Notes under the pieces: generated by a model
Databases searched by the model: none
The model's input: the letters and a program-made list of their open reading frames with translations, nothing else
Told to the model about the DNA's origin: nothing
In this document: positions 29,805-38,216 of the stretch, one piece after another
Layout: the number at the start of each line of letters is the position of its first letter
Position numbering within the stretch: the first letter of the stretch is position 1
DNA from: a bacterium
Lineage (GTDB): Bacteria; Babelota; Babeliae; Babelales; JABGSX01
NCBI GenBank assembly: GCA_018647505.1
Contig: JABGSX010000013.1
Location: 1-57,997, forward strand
Length of the DNA stretch: 57,997 bases
Reading direction: 5' to 3'
Translations under genes and position numbers: made by a program

Positions 29805-30493
29805 TATTGTTCTTTTGTAATAGCAGGAATTCCTGACCCTTGTGTTTGATTTAAAAATTTTTCAAGAGCGTCAAACATTTTGTGTGTTTGTAGCTTATTT
29901 GTTTCAAACTCTTTATCACAATTTATAACCAAAACAGGGACTTTTTTGATAGCGCTAGATGCATTTTTTTTGAGAAGCAAAAACTCTTCGTGTCTTTTGT
30001 GCATTTGTTCTAAGTATTCTAGGGTCATTGCTTTTTCTTCTGGCCTGCTTCTTCTTTTTATTCTTTCGTAAGAAATTGGTGGCGTAGTCTGAAGATAAAT
30101 AAATCCTTGTGGTGTAATGTGTTTTTTGCCGACCAAAAAATCAAACCAACGACAATAAATTGCCCATTCAAGATTTGTCATAAATCCACTAAGAAAGCCG
30201 TTATATGCAAAGCAGTGGTGACCAGAATAAACAGAGCGCTCCATAATTGTTGTCACCTTTAAATTTTTGTTTTTTAGGTGATCCCTTATTCTGCATGACA
30301 TTGCCAAAGTTTCAATTGTGTATGCCCATCTTTTTGGGTTGGAATAAAAATCGGCCAACAAAGACTGACCATAAGATTGTTTTTTCCAGTTATCATGTGG
30401 TTCTTGAATTGTATTTATAAATGGATAACGATCTTCTATCAGTTTTAAGAACGTAGACTTTCCAGCCCCAATATTTCCTTCTAGTATGTACAT
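29789..30493 (-). CDS. Deoxynucleoside kinase (dCK/dGK family)
   Basis: EGNIGAGKST P-loop; EP...W; MERS; RI..R.R.EE. Confidence 0.9.
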   Translation of the reverse strand: MYILEGNIGAGKSTFLKLIEDRYPFINTIQEPHDNWKKQSYGQSLLADFYSNPKRWAYTIETLAMSCRIRDHLKNKNLKVTTIMERSVYSGHHCFAYNGFLSGFMTNLEWAIYCRWFDFLVGKKHITPQGFIYLQTTPPISYERIKRRSRPEEKAMTLEYLEQMHKRHEEFLLLKKNASSAIKKVPVLVINCDKEFETNKLQTHKMFDALEKFLNQTQGSGIPAITKEQYHESL

Positions 30494-30583
30494 TTATATC
30501 CTAATTTAGTGGGTTGCATAACAACTTTCCTTTTAATGCCTTGTATAGTATAAAACACGATGCGAGACCCGTAAATTATAAAT

Positions 30584-30618
30584 AAAAAAACCTCGATAAT
30601 AATTTATCAAGGTTTTTT
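30584..30618. terminator. Intrinsic terminator after the Hsp20-like gene
   Basis: aaaaaacctcgataa-taat-ttatcaaggtttttt (one mismatch). Confidence 0.65.
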
Positions 30619-30638
30619 GTTTGGGATAATTTCAAGGC

Positions 30639-31211
30639 TTATTTTATGCTTACTGGAATTTCTAATCCTCTTCTTTTAAGAGGGATTACAAAAACGATAC
30701 TATTTTTTTCGCATTCAACTTTTGTGTTGTCAGGGTCGATTGGAGATTTTAACATTTGTTGTGTTTCGGAATATCCCTGCGTGGAAAGGCGGGAAAAGTG
30801 TTTTTCATCTTTGTTTTCTTGGTCAACGCTGCGTTCTTTTCTTATTGACAACATATTTTTCTTTATTTCGAGTTGAATAACAGAGTTATCTTCTGTTGGA
30901 ATTTTTGCACTCAGATTTTCCGAATCTTCTGCAGAAACCTTAACCATTTCTCCCTTTATTCCAGGGTAACCAATTGTAATTTCTACGGAGTTGTCTTTTT
31001 TTGGATATTGTATGTCGATGTTTATAGAATTTGAATCAGAAACATTTATATCAAAGATTTTAGACGATTCCCTTTGCATGTTGTCAAAATCTTCTTGCAT
31101 GCCGTCCATCATGGATTTTATTCTTTTTTCGAATCTATCAGAGCCAAAAAAACTTTTTGATCCTGATGCTATAGAAATAGTCAAAAGCAATAGTGCGGTC
31201 TTTCCCTTCAT
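30639..31211 (-). CDS. Hsp20/alpha-crystallin-like protein with N-terminal signal peptide
   Basis: Met-rich N-region; I..PGI....V.V; LSI..ER; L..PID....KV..E...+...IP; terminal IPV motif. Confidence 0.65.
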   Translation of the reverse strand: MKGKTALLLLTISIASGSKSFFGSDRFEKRIKSMMDGMQEDFDNMQRESSKIFDINVSDSNSINIDIQYPKKDNSVEITIGYPGIKGEMVKVSAEDSENLSAKIPTEDNSVIQLEIKKNMLSIRKERSVDQENKDEKHFSRLSTQGYSETQQMLKSPIDPDNTKVECEKNSIVFVIPLKRRGLEIPVSIK

Positions 31212-31413
31212 TGCCTTGTCCTCCTGTTTGGTGGAAAATAAAACAATTAATTTTATATAACTAACAAGTTAAAATATAACATGTTTTTTATTGTCGTCAA
31301 TACTGGTTTGCACAGGTGTTTGGGGACGGCTTGTGTCATTTTTTGTTTACACGTTTTTTTGCAATAGAGTTGGTTGTGCGTTAAAGTAATTTTTATTTAT
31401 GGGGACTTAAAAT

Positions 31414-32154
31414 ATGGCTAAAGACAAGAAAAAACAGCTCGATGTTATTTATGGAATTCATTCAATTTGTGAATTGTTAAAGGCTAAAAGGCGAAAACTA
31501 GTTACTCTGTATACTACCAAAATTCCGCCAAAGGGGTGGAAGTCTATTCAGAAAATTGGTATTCCAAAGTTAACGAACCTTCAATATGTTTCAAGAGAAT
31601 TTTTGGCAAAATTTTCTGGGACAACAGATCATCAAGGTGTTGTTGGTTTGGCACAGCAATTTGTCTTTAGAAAATCTTTTTTCGATTCTAAAAAATCACA
31701 ATTTGTTTTATTGCTTGACGGGATACAAGATCCTCGCAATCTTGGTGCAATTTTGCGCTCAGCTTATTGCACTGGTGTGGATGGAGTGATTATTACAAAA
31801 AAACATTCTGCTCCAATAACCGGAGCCGCGCTTAAGGCATCAGCTGGCTTGGCAGAGCATCTTGATATTTACCAGGCACCATCTTCTTTGTCGGCGCTAC
31901 AAGAGCTAGGTAAACAAAATTATAATGTCTATCTTGCGGCACTTTCTTCTAGAGCAAACAATGCAATTGAAGTTACATACAAAATGCCTTTGTGTATTGT
32001 GATTGGAAACGAGGCACAAGGAATATCAAAAAGTCTTTTCAGTTTCGGAACGGTTGTTCAGTTGCCTCAAAAAACATCTGACGTTTCTTATAATGCATCT
32101 GTTGCTGCTGGTATTTTGCTTTTTACTATTGCGACTTATTCCTCCAAAATTTAA
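31414..32154 (+). CDS. rlmB: 23S rRNA Gm2251 methyltransferase RlmB
   Basis: IYGIH; HQGVV; LDGIQDPRNLGAILRSA; KASAG; IGNE..GI; SYNASVA. Confidence 0.9.
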   Translation: MAKDKKKQLDVIYGIHSICELLKAKRRKLVTLYTTKIPPKGWKSIQKIGIPKLTNLQYVSREFLAKFSGTTDHQGVVGLAQQFVFRKSFFDSKKSQFVLLLDGIQDPRNLGAILRSAYCTGVDGVIITKKHSAPITGAALKASAGLAEHLDIYQAPSSLSALQELGKQNYNVYLAALSSRANNAIEVTYKMPLCIVIGNEAQGISKSLFSFGTVVQLPQKTSDVSYNASVAAGILLFTIATYSSKI

Positions 32155-32159
32155 CTTGC

Positions 32160-32314
32160 CACTTGGATGTTTTGGGCTTGACCCTGCAGAGACAGTTTTT
32201 ATTGATGACAGGGAGCAGAATGTAAAAGCAGCTGAACAGTTTGGGATTACTGGCATATTATGTGATACACATGAAAATGTTAGGAAAGAGCTGCAATGCC
32301 TAGCTCTTCTTTAA
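32160..32314 (+). pseudogene. C-terminal remnant of a HAD-family phosphatase
   Basis: FGLDPAETVFIDDREQNVKAAEQFGITGI is HAD motif IV; motif I (DxD) is absent. Confidence 0.75.
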
Positions 32315-32442
32315 CAATTTGTATTTGGTTTACTTTCATAATCACTCTTTTCCTTTTTTTTATACCAAAATTGTTGACTAAGAGCAGTGAAAAATTATAC
32401 AAATAAGATAAAGAGAGAGAGACACCTAAGGGGGGAGAAGAA

Positions 32443-33159
32443 ATGAAGAGAGTTAGAAAAATAGCATACAAATTGTTGTACGGCGCAGTGGTTACGATTT
32501 TAGCAAGTTGTCTGGGGGGTGCCGTTGGGGCCTTAGGAAAAGACATGAAATATGTGGTACACTCTGGCGATCATTTGTCTGAAAAGGCTGTTCAAATTAT
32601 TTACTCTGATATTGATAGTCCTGACACGAGTTTTAAAAATCCACAAAAATTATACGAAAAGCTACAACACGATGTTCCAGTTATTAGTCAAGCAACTTTA
32701 GTATATACGAGTCCGTCAGAAGTATCGGTTAATTTAAAGTTGCAACATCCTCGTCTTGTTGTTAATGATAAATACTTGATAATGGAAAATGAAAGTGTTG
32801 TTTCTGCCGATCTGTTTAAAAATTCTATAGTTTCTCCATTGCCTCACATCAATATGGATCACGACGACATTTCACATCAATTTTCTGCTTGTGTTAATAA
32901 CTTGCCAGAGGATGTTTTTAAAGACTACGAGGTTAAATGGGAAGATAACACAAGAATAAAATTACAAGACAAGCACGATGACAAATTTTCAATAATTGCA
33001 TCGTGTTCGTCGTTACCAGACAAGTTGCTTTTGTCAGCTTGTCAAAAAGTGAAAGAAAAGGAGCTCTCTGCAAAGCCACGTTATTTGAAGAAAAATCGAA
33101 AGTGGGTTGCAGATATACGATTTAAAGAGCAGATTGTTTTTAAAGAGGAGGGGGAGTAA
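32443..33159 (+). CDS. Divergent FtsQ/DivIB-like protein
   Basis: Single N-terminal TM; C-terminal DIRFKEQIV; coupled (TAATG) to ftsA. Confidence 0.6.
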   Translation: MKRVRKIAYKLLYGAVVTILASCLGGAVGALGKDMKYVVHSGDHLSEKAVQIIYSDIDSPDTSFKNPQKLYEKLQHDVPVISQATLVYTSPSEVSVNLKLQHPRLVVNDKYLIMENESVVSADLFKNSIVSPLPHINMDHDDISHQFSACVNNLPEDVFKDYEVKWEDNTRIKLQDKHDDKFSIIASCSSLPDKLLLSACQKVKEKELSAKPRYLKKNRKWVADIRFKEQIVFKEEGE

Positions 33160-34394
33160 TGGCACGGGTTTTTAAAGATGACATTGTGGTGTCTGTTGAT
33201 GTTGGAACCACCAAAATATGCGTTATAATTGCCAAAAGATTAGGAAATGGAGACGTTGATTTATTGGGTATCGGAACAGTTCCGTCAATTGGTTTAAAAA
33301 AAGGTGTTGTTGTTGACATTAATAAAGCAGTAACATCAATTCGCAAAGCAATCAGAGAAGCTGAGGTTATGGCTGGTACAATGGTGGAGCAGGCATATGT
33401 TGGAATAGCCGGAGGACATATCTCGTCACTTAATTCTCAAGGAATTGTTCCAATAAAAAACGGAGAGGTTTCTCAAAAAGATATAAATACTGTAATTTCT
33501 GCGGCGCAGGCGGTTCCTATTCCAGAAGACCAGCAAATTTTACATGTTTTACCACAATATTTTATTGTTGATTCTCGGGATAGAGTTCAAAATCCACTTG
33601 GTATGCACGGGGTTCGATTAGAAGCGCAAGTTCACATTGTTGTAGGCTCTGTTGCATCTGTGCAGGACTTGGTTAAGTGTTGTCAGCTTGCTGGTATTAA
33701 AGTTAAAGATATTGTTCTAGAGCAGCTGGCTTCGGCGGAGGCCGTTTTAAGTTACGATGAGAGAGAGCTTGGTGTCGCAGTTTTAGACATTGGGGGTGGA
33801 ACCTCTGATTTGGCTCTTTACTATAGCGGAACCATAAGACATACTCGTGTTATTCCTGTAGCCGGTAATCACTTTACTAATGATTTAGCCGTAGGGTTGC
33901 ATACAACTATTAATGGTGCAGAGAGGGTCAAGCAGCGTTACGGAAATTTGTTTGTTAGTCCAAGTGATATTGGTAAACAAATTCAAGTTGAGCATGTGCA
34001 GGGAAATAGATATCAAGATGTTGCACTTAAACAAGTTCAAGATATTTTAAAGGCACGAGCAAAAGAACTTCTGGGTATTGTTCAGAAGGAAATTGTTCAA
34101 TATAATCTTGAACATTTTGTTACATCGGGATTAGTTTTAACAGGAGGTGGATCTTTGCTTGATGGTTTCCGTCAACTTGCATCGGAAAGTTTTGGAATGC
34201 CTGCTCGCATAGGATATCCAAAGAGTGAAGACCAGTTGCCAGAGTTGTTAGAAAGTCCTTTATATGCAACTGGATATGGACTTTTACTTCACGCGATGAA
34301 AAAAGAAAAAAATAATATGATAAATAATTTACAGGGACCAATGACATACAGAGTTTTCATGAGAATGAAATCTTGGGTTTCTGATTTCTTTTAA
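33159..34394 (+). CDS. ftsA: Cell division protein FtsA
   Basis: DVGTTK; DIGGGTSD; VLTGGGS; C-terminal amphipathic helix. Confidence 0.97.
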   Translation: MARVFKDDIVVSVDVGTTKICVIIAKRLGNGDVDLLGIGTVPSIGLKKGVVVDINKAVTSIRKAIREAEVMAGTMVEQAYVGIAGGHISSLNSQGIVPIKNGEVSQKDINTVISAAQAVPIPEDQQILHVLPQYFIVDSRDRVQNPLGMHGVRLEAQVHIVVGSVASVQDLVKCCQLAGIKVKDIVLEQLASAEAVLSYDERELGVAVLDIGGGTSDLALYYSGTIRHTRVIPVAGNHFTNDLAVGLHTTINGAERVKQRYGNLFVSPSDIGKQIQVEHVQGNRYQDVALKQVQDILKARAKELLGIVQKEIVQYNLEHFVTSGLVLTGGGSLLDGFRQLASESFGMPARIGYPKSEDQLPELLESPLYATGYGLLLHAMKKEKNNMINNLQGPMTYRVFMRMKSWVSDFF

Positions 34395-34417
34395 TATTCC
34401 AAGACGAGGAGTAGTAG

Positions 34418-35701
34418 ATGATCGAATTTGAAGACGAAAAAGTAGAAAGGCAGGCCCCAAAGTCTTCGGCCTCTATTAAGGTTATGGGAATTGGTGGAGC
34501 AGGAGGAAACACCATAAATAGTATGATCGATACCAATCATTCTGGTATCGATTTTTTTGCTGCAAATACGGACGCGCAGGCATTAGATATGTCCAAGTCT
34601 AAGAATAAGGTGCAGTTTGGAGTAAAGGCGACAAAAGGGTTAGGAACAGGGGCAGATCCAGAGCTTGGTCGTAGGGCGGCCGAAGAAGACATCGATAAAA
34701 TGATGGAGCATCTTGACAATGCGGACATTGTTTTTCTTACCGCAGGTATGGGTGGCGGAACTGGTTCTGGCGCTTTGCCTGTTATAGCACGTGCTCTTAA
34801 GGAACGCGGTATTTTATCGATAGCCGTAGTTACAAAGCCGTTTTTATTTGAGGGTAAAAGGCGAACTGAAATTGCAGAAGAGGCGATAGACTTAATTAAA
34901 AAAGATGTTGATACACTTATTGTTATTCCTAATCAAAAGCTTCTTGAGGTTGTTGATGAGAATGTGCCAATGGTAGAAGCATTTTCCATGATCAACGATG
35001 TGCTAAACCAGTCTGTTAAGGGTATTTCTGATATCATTGCAAAGCCAGGTCATATCAATGTTGATTATGCCGATGTTAGAGCCATTATGAAGGGTATGGG
35101 CTACGCTGTTATGGGTAATGGTAGAGCCTCTGGAAAAGATCGTGCCCGTGAGGCAGCGCTAAGTTCTGTTTCTTCACCGTTGCTTGAAAACATGAGCATA
35201 AAAGGAGCAAAGGGTGTGCTTCTTAATATTACCGGTGGCCCAGATATGAGTTTGTATGAAATTAACCAGGCTGCAAATGTTATTTATGAGCAGGTTGATG
35301 AAAATGCCAGTATTATTTTGGGCTCAGTTATAGACCAAGACTTAACAGATGAGATTTTTGTAACAGTTATTGCTACTGGATTTGAGAATGAACATAGCAC
35401 TCAACCTTCAGAATTTTCTTTCCGTGCCAGTGGGGCTTCTGTTGAAATAAATGATGAATCAGATGCTGAAAACTTAGAGTTTAAAGAGGAGGATTCCCCA
35501 ATGGAGCACAGTGAGGCTACCTCTGAGCAGGGGGGTAGTAATGAAGCACAGGAAGAAGAATATATGTTAAATGATTCCAATCAAGAGGGTGACAATTCTC
35601 AAGAGTATGCTCCAGTTGTAGATATAAGTGATTTAGACATTCCAACATTTTTAAGAAACAAGGTAGAAGAAGGTAGCTCGGAAGAAACTCCAGAAGACTA
35701 A
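34418..35701 (+). CDS. ftsZ: Cell division protein FtsZ
   Basis: GIGGAGGN; NTDAQAL; GGGTGSG; INVDYADV; DLDIPTFLR. Confidence 0.98.
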   Translation: MIEFEDEKVERQAPKSSASIKVMGIGGAGGNTINSMIDTNHSGIDFFAANTDAQALDMSKSKNKVQFGVKATKGLGTGADPELGRRAAEEDIDKMMEHLDNADIVFLTAGMGGGTGSGALPVIARALKERGILSIAVVTKPFLFEGKRRTEIAEEAIDLIKKDVDTLIVIPNQKLLEVVDENVPMVEAFSMINDVLNQSVKGISDIIAKPGHINVDYADVRAIMKGMGYAVMGNGRASGKDRAREAALSSVSSPLLENMSIKGAKGVLLNITGGPDMSLYEINQAANVIYEQVDENASIILGSVIDQDLTDEIFVTVIATGFENEHSTQPSEFSFRASGASVEINDESDAENLEFKEEDSPMEHSEATSEQGGSNEAQEEEYMLNDSNQEGDNSQEYAPVVDISDLDIPTFLRNKVEEGSSEETPED

Positions 35702-35717
35702 GAAAAATTAATACAAC

Positions 35718-35763
35718 AAAAACATAGCCTCTTGAATTTTTTATTCTGGTGGCTATGTTTTTT
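35718..35763 (+). terminator. Hairpin/terminator between ftsZ and pgeF
   Basis: aaaaacatagcc...ggctatgttttt (12-bp stem ending in a T-run). Confidence 0.6.
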
Positions 35764-35765
35764 AT

Positions 35766-36488
35766 ATGATCACAAACAAGCCTTACCCACAATTTTTTTT
35801 TGGTGATGCACAATATTGTGTTGAGCCATCTTATTTTAGAGAAAAGAAACTTTCATCAAAAGAGCTTATTTTAAAGCAACCATTTTTTTCATTGGATATT
35901 ACAAAAAACTTTAATGCTTTGGTTTTTTTGCACCAGCAACATGGTGATAATGGCATTATAATTACAGACGAACAAAAAGCTCAAAGGATTCCTGCTTTTT
36001 GTAAAAAGGGAGATTTTTTAATAACAACCGTTTCCAAAATTGGGATTGGAATTGTAACAGCAGATTGTCTACCAGTATTTGTTTTAGACAAAAAAAACTG
36101 GGTCATAGCCGCGGTTCATTCTGGATGGAGGGGAACAGCTTTAAGTATAGTTCCAAAGGTAATAGGTATAATGTGCAATGATTTTGGGTCTATTGTGTCT
36201 GACCTAGAAGTTTTTTTTGGGCCATGTGCAAAATCTTGTTGCTATCAGGTTCAAAAAGACTTTTTGAAAAACATTCAGGACTTTGAATTTTACAACCAAG
36301 TTATTATAGAAAAAGATGACAAAATCTTTTTTGATAATTTACACATGGTAAAGTTGCAGCTTAATGCTTTGGGTCTTTTAGATGACCAAGTAAGCCTTTC
36401 AAATTTACAGTGCACAATGTGCACCCAGAGCTTTTGTTCTTTTCGTAATGGATCGACAAGCAGGAATGTTTCCTTTATATCAATTTAA
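35766..36488 (+). CDS. pgeF: PgeF/YfiH (LACC1-like) family protein
   Basis: Q.HG; TADCLPV; HSGWRGT; GP....CCYQV; CT.C...SFR; follows ftsZ. Confidence 0.9.
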   Translation: MITNKPYPQFFFGDAQYCVEPSYFREKKLSSKELILKQPFFSLDITKNFNALVFLHQQHGDNGIIITDEQKAQRIPAFCKKGDFLITTVSKIGIGIVTADCLPVFVLDKKNWVIAAVHSGWRGTALSIVPKVIGIMCNDFGSIVSDLEVFFGPCAKSCCYQVQKDFLKNIQDFEFYNQVIIEKDDKIFFDNLHMVKLQLNALGLLDDQVSLSNLQCTMCTQSFCSFRNGSTSRNVSFISI

Positions 36489-36594
36489 AGGCAAATAAGA
36501 CCAATTATCAGCACCCAGGGCTAATCCAATTTGTAATTATTTATATTCGTGATAGTATATATGTATAGATAGTTTTTCAAATAAGGAGGTTGCT

Positions 36595-38151
36595 TTGAAT
36601 TTTAAAAAATCATTATTTTTAGTTTTTGTTTTGTTTTTTTCATTTTTTAATGTTGTTCCTTCGGCGCAAACAAGACGTCGTGGTCTCAATGTTATTCAGT
36701 CTAGGAATTATGCATACGGTCTTTGTATGCAGGAGAAGCTTTTTCAAGCTCTTAGGGGATACATTCATTCTGTAAAAGAGAATAATTTGCAAGCAAGTAA
36801 AGACGCAATGCCAGAAGTAGTACGTGGGTGTATTGATATGGCTAGCATTCCTGCTGGTGCTGATCCGGATACTCCAATTGGTGAGTTTCTGGAGCCTGTT
36901 GTTGAAGGGCCATCTTTGTCAGAACATTGTGGTACAGACTGTTATAAGTTTTCAGGAAAGGCGTTGTACTACAAGAAATGTTTGTATAGCATTGTTGACT
37001 CATACAATGAAAAATATAGAATTTTTAATTGGCGTTTTTTTTGTAGGAGTATATTGTGGCCACTTGAAGGTATGCTTTCAGATAAAAAATGTATGCATGC
37101 ATTTTTTGATTTATTGTCAGATAAATTAACCAATGACAAAATCATTTTGGATGCAATTGAAGTATTGAATCCGGTTGTTATTGCTTATTTTGATTCTAGA
37201 GATGAATTTAACGATTTATACAAAAGAAATATAAACATTGCACGAAGAGGAAAAAAATTTGAACTTATAACAAAGAAGGTTGAATCCTTCAGTCTTTCTC
37301 TTTCAAGTCCTGACATTGCAAGGTTTATAATTGGATATGGTCAGGTATTACCAGATTCTCTAGATGATATAACGGTTGAAATGGAAAAAACTTATCCACC
37401 TGAAGATTGTTTAGTTGAAGGTAGCTCTGTAGACGAGTCTTTGTCAGAAGGCGATGATGCTAGAGATGCAATTATTCGTGATCTTTTGGCGGCGGATATG
37501 CAAGAAAGTATAAAAAGTGGTTGCCGATCAAAAAAATACAAAAAAAGTGCCAAGAAAAAACCAAATAACGCAGCTTATGATTATACTTATCATGGTTTAT
37601 CCGAAACTAAAGAAGCGGGGCCAAAAGAAGAGCCTTCGTTTATGAGAATTTGTGATGTTAATTCAGATAAGGGAATAGATTGTATTATTTTATATAGGCC
37701 TAAAAGCGAGCCAATTCCGGAATTTTTCTACAAAGAGGACGAGCATATTCAAAGGTGGTTTGATAAGCCCAAAGAGTCTTTTAGGCGTTATCAGGCAAGA
37801 AAACTAAAAAAAAGCCACGGCAAGAATGTTGTTCCTGATTCTCATTATGAATATGGTTGCATAATGCATAGATTTTCAAGAGAGGTTGATGCGAATATGT
37901 GGGCCTTTGGAGTTGCGTCAGAATACTTATCTGATTCAGGTACAGATAATTTTTGTATTGTTGTTTCTGGAGAGTTGCACCGGAGCACTGGGGAGTGTTT
38001 GTTTGGTACTTTTAATTTTACATTTGAAGAACTTAAAGATGGTATCAAGAGCTGTTACCATCGTTGTTTTCACAGAATTAAAGCAAAAGACTTTTTAAAG
38101 GGTTATAGAAGGACAATTCACCAGGAGATTGTAGCTTGCGCTTGTGCTTGA
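36595..38151 (+). CDS. Secreted effector-like protein, paralog A (ends CACA)
   Basis: Signal peptide; basic cluster; conserved C-terminal domain shared with 38217..39986. Confidence 0.7.
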   Translation: MNFKKSLFLVFVLFFSFFNVVPSAQTRRRGLNVIQSRNYAYGLCMQEKLFQALRGYIHSVKENNLQASKDAMPEVVRGCIDMASIPAGADPDTPIGEFLEPVVEGPSLSEHCGTDCYKFSGKALYYKKCLYSIVDSYNEKYRIFNWRFFCRSILWPLEGMLSDKKCMHAFFDLLSDKLTNDKIILDAIEVLNPVVIAYFDSRDEFNDLYKRNINIARRGKKFELITKKVESFSLSLSSPDIARFIIGYGQVLPDSLDDITVEMEKTYPPEDCLVEGSSVDESLSEGDDARDAIIRDLLAADMQESIKSGCRSKKYKKSAKKKPNNAAYDYTYHGLSETKEAGPKEEPSFMRICDVNSDKGIDCIILYRPKSEPIPEFFYKEDEHIQRWFDKPKESFRRYQARKLKKSHGKNVVPDSHYEYGCIMHRFSREVDANMWAFGVASEYLSDSGTDNFCIVVSGELHRSTGECLFGTFNFTFEELKDGIKSCYHRCFHRIKAKDFLKGYRRTIHQEIVACACA

Positions 38152-38216
38152 TCTGAAAGTGAAAAAAGGTTGGACGTTTTGTTATTGATTTAAATAGCAT
38201 TAAAACGATAATAGAC

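Noticed and set aside
32003-32314. 103-aa ORF as an intact gene
   Set aside because: Its N-terminal half is an alternative frame of rlmB; only the last ~50 codons are HAD-like.
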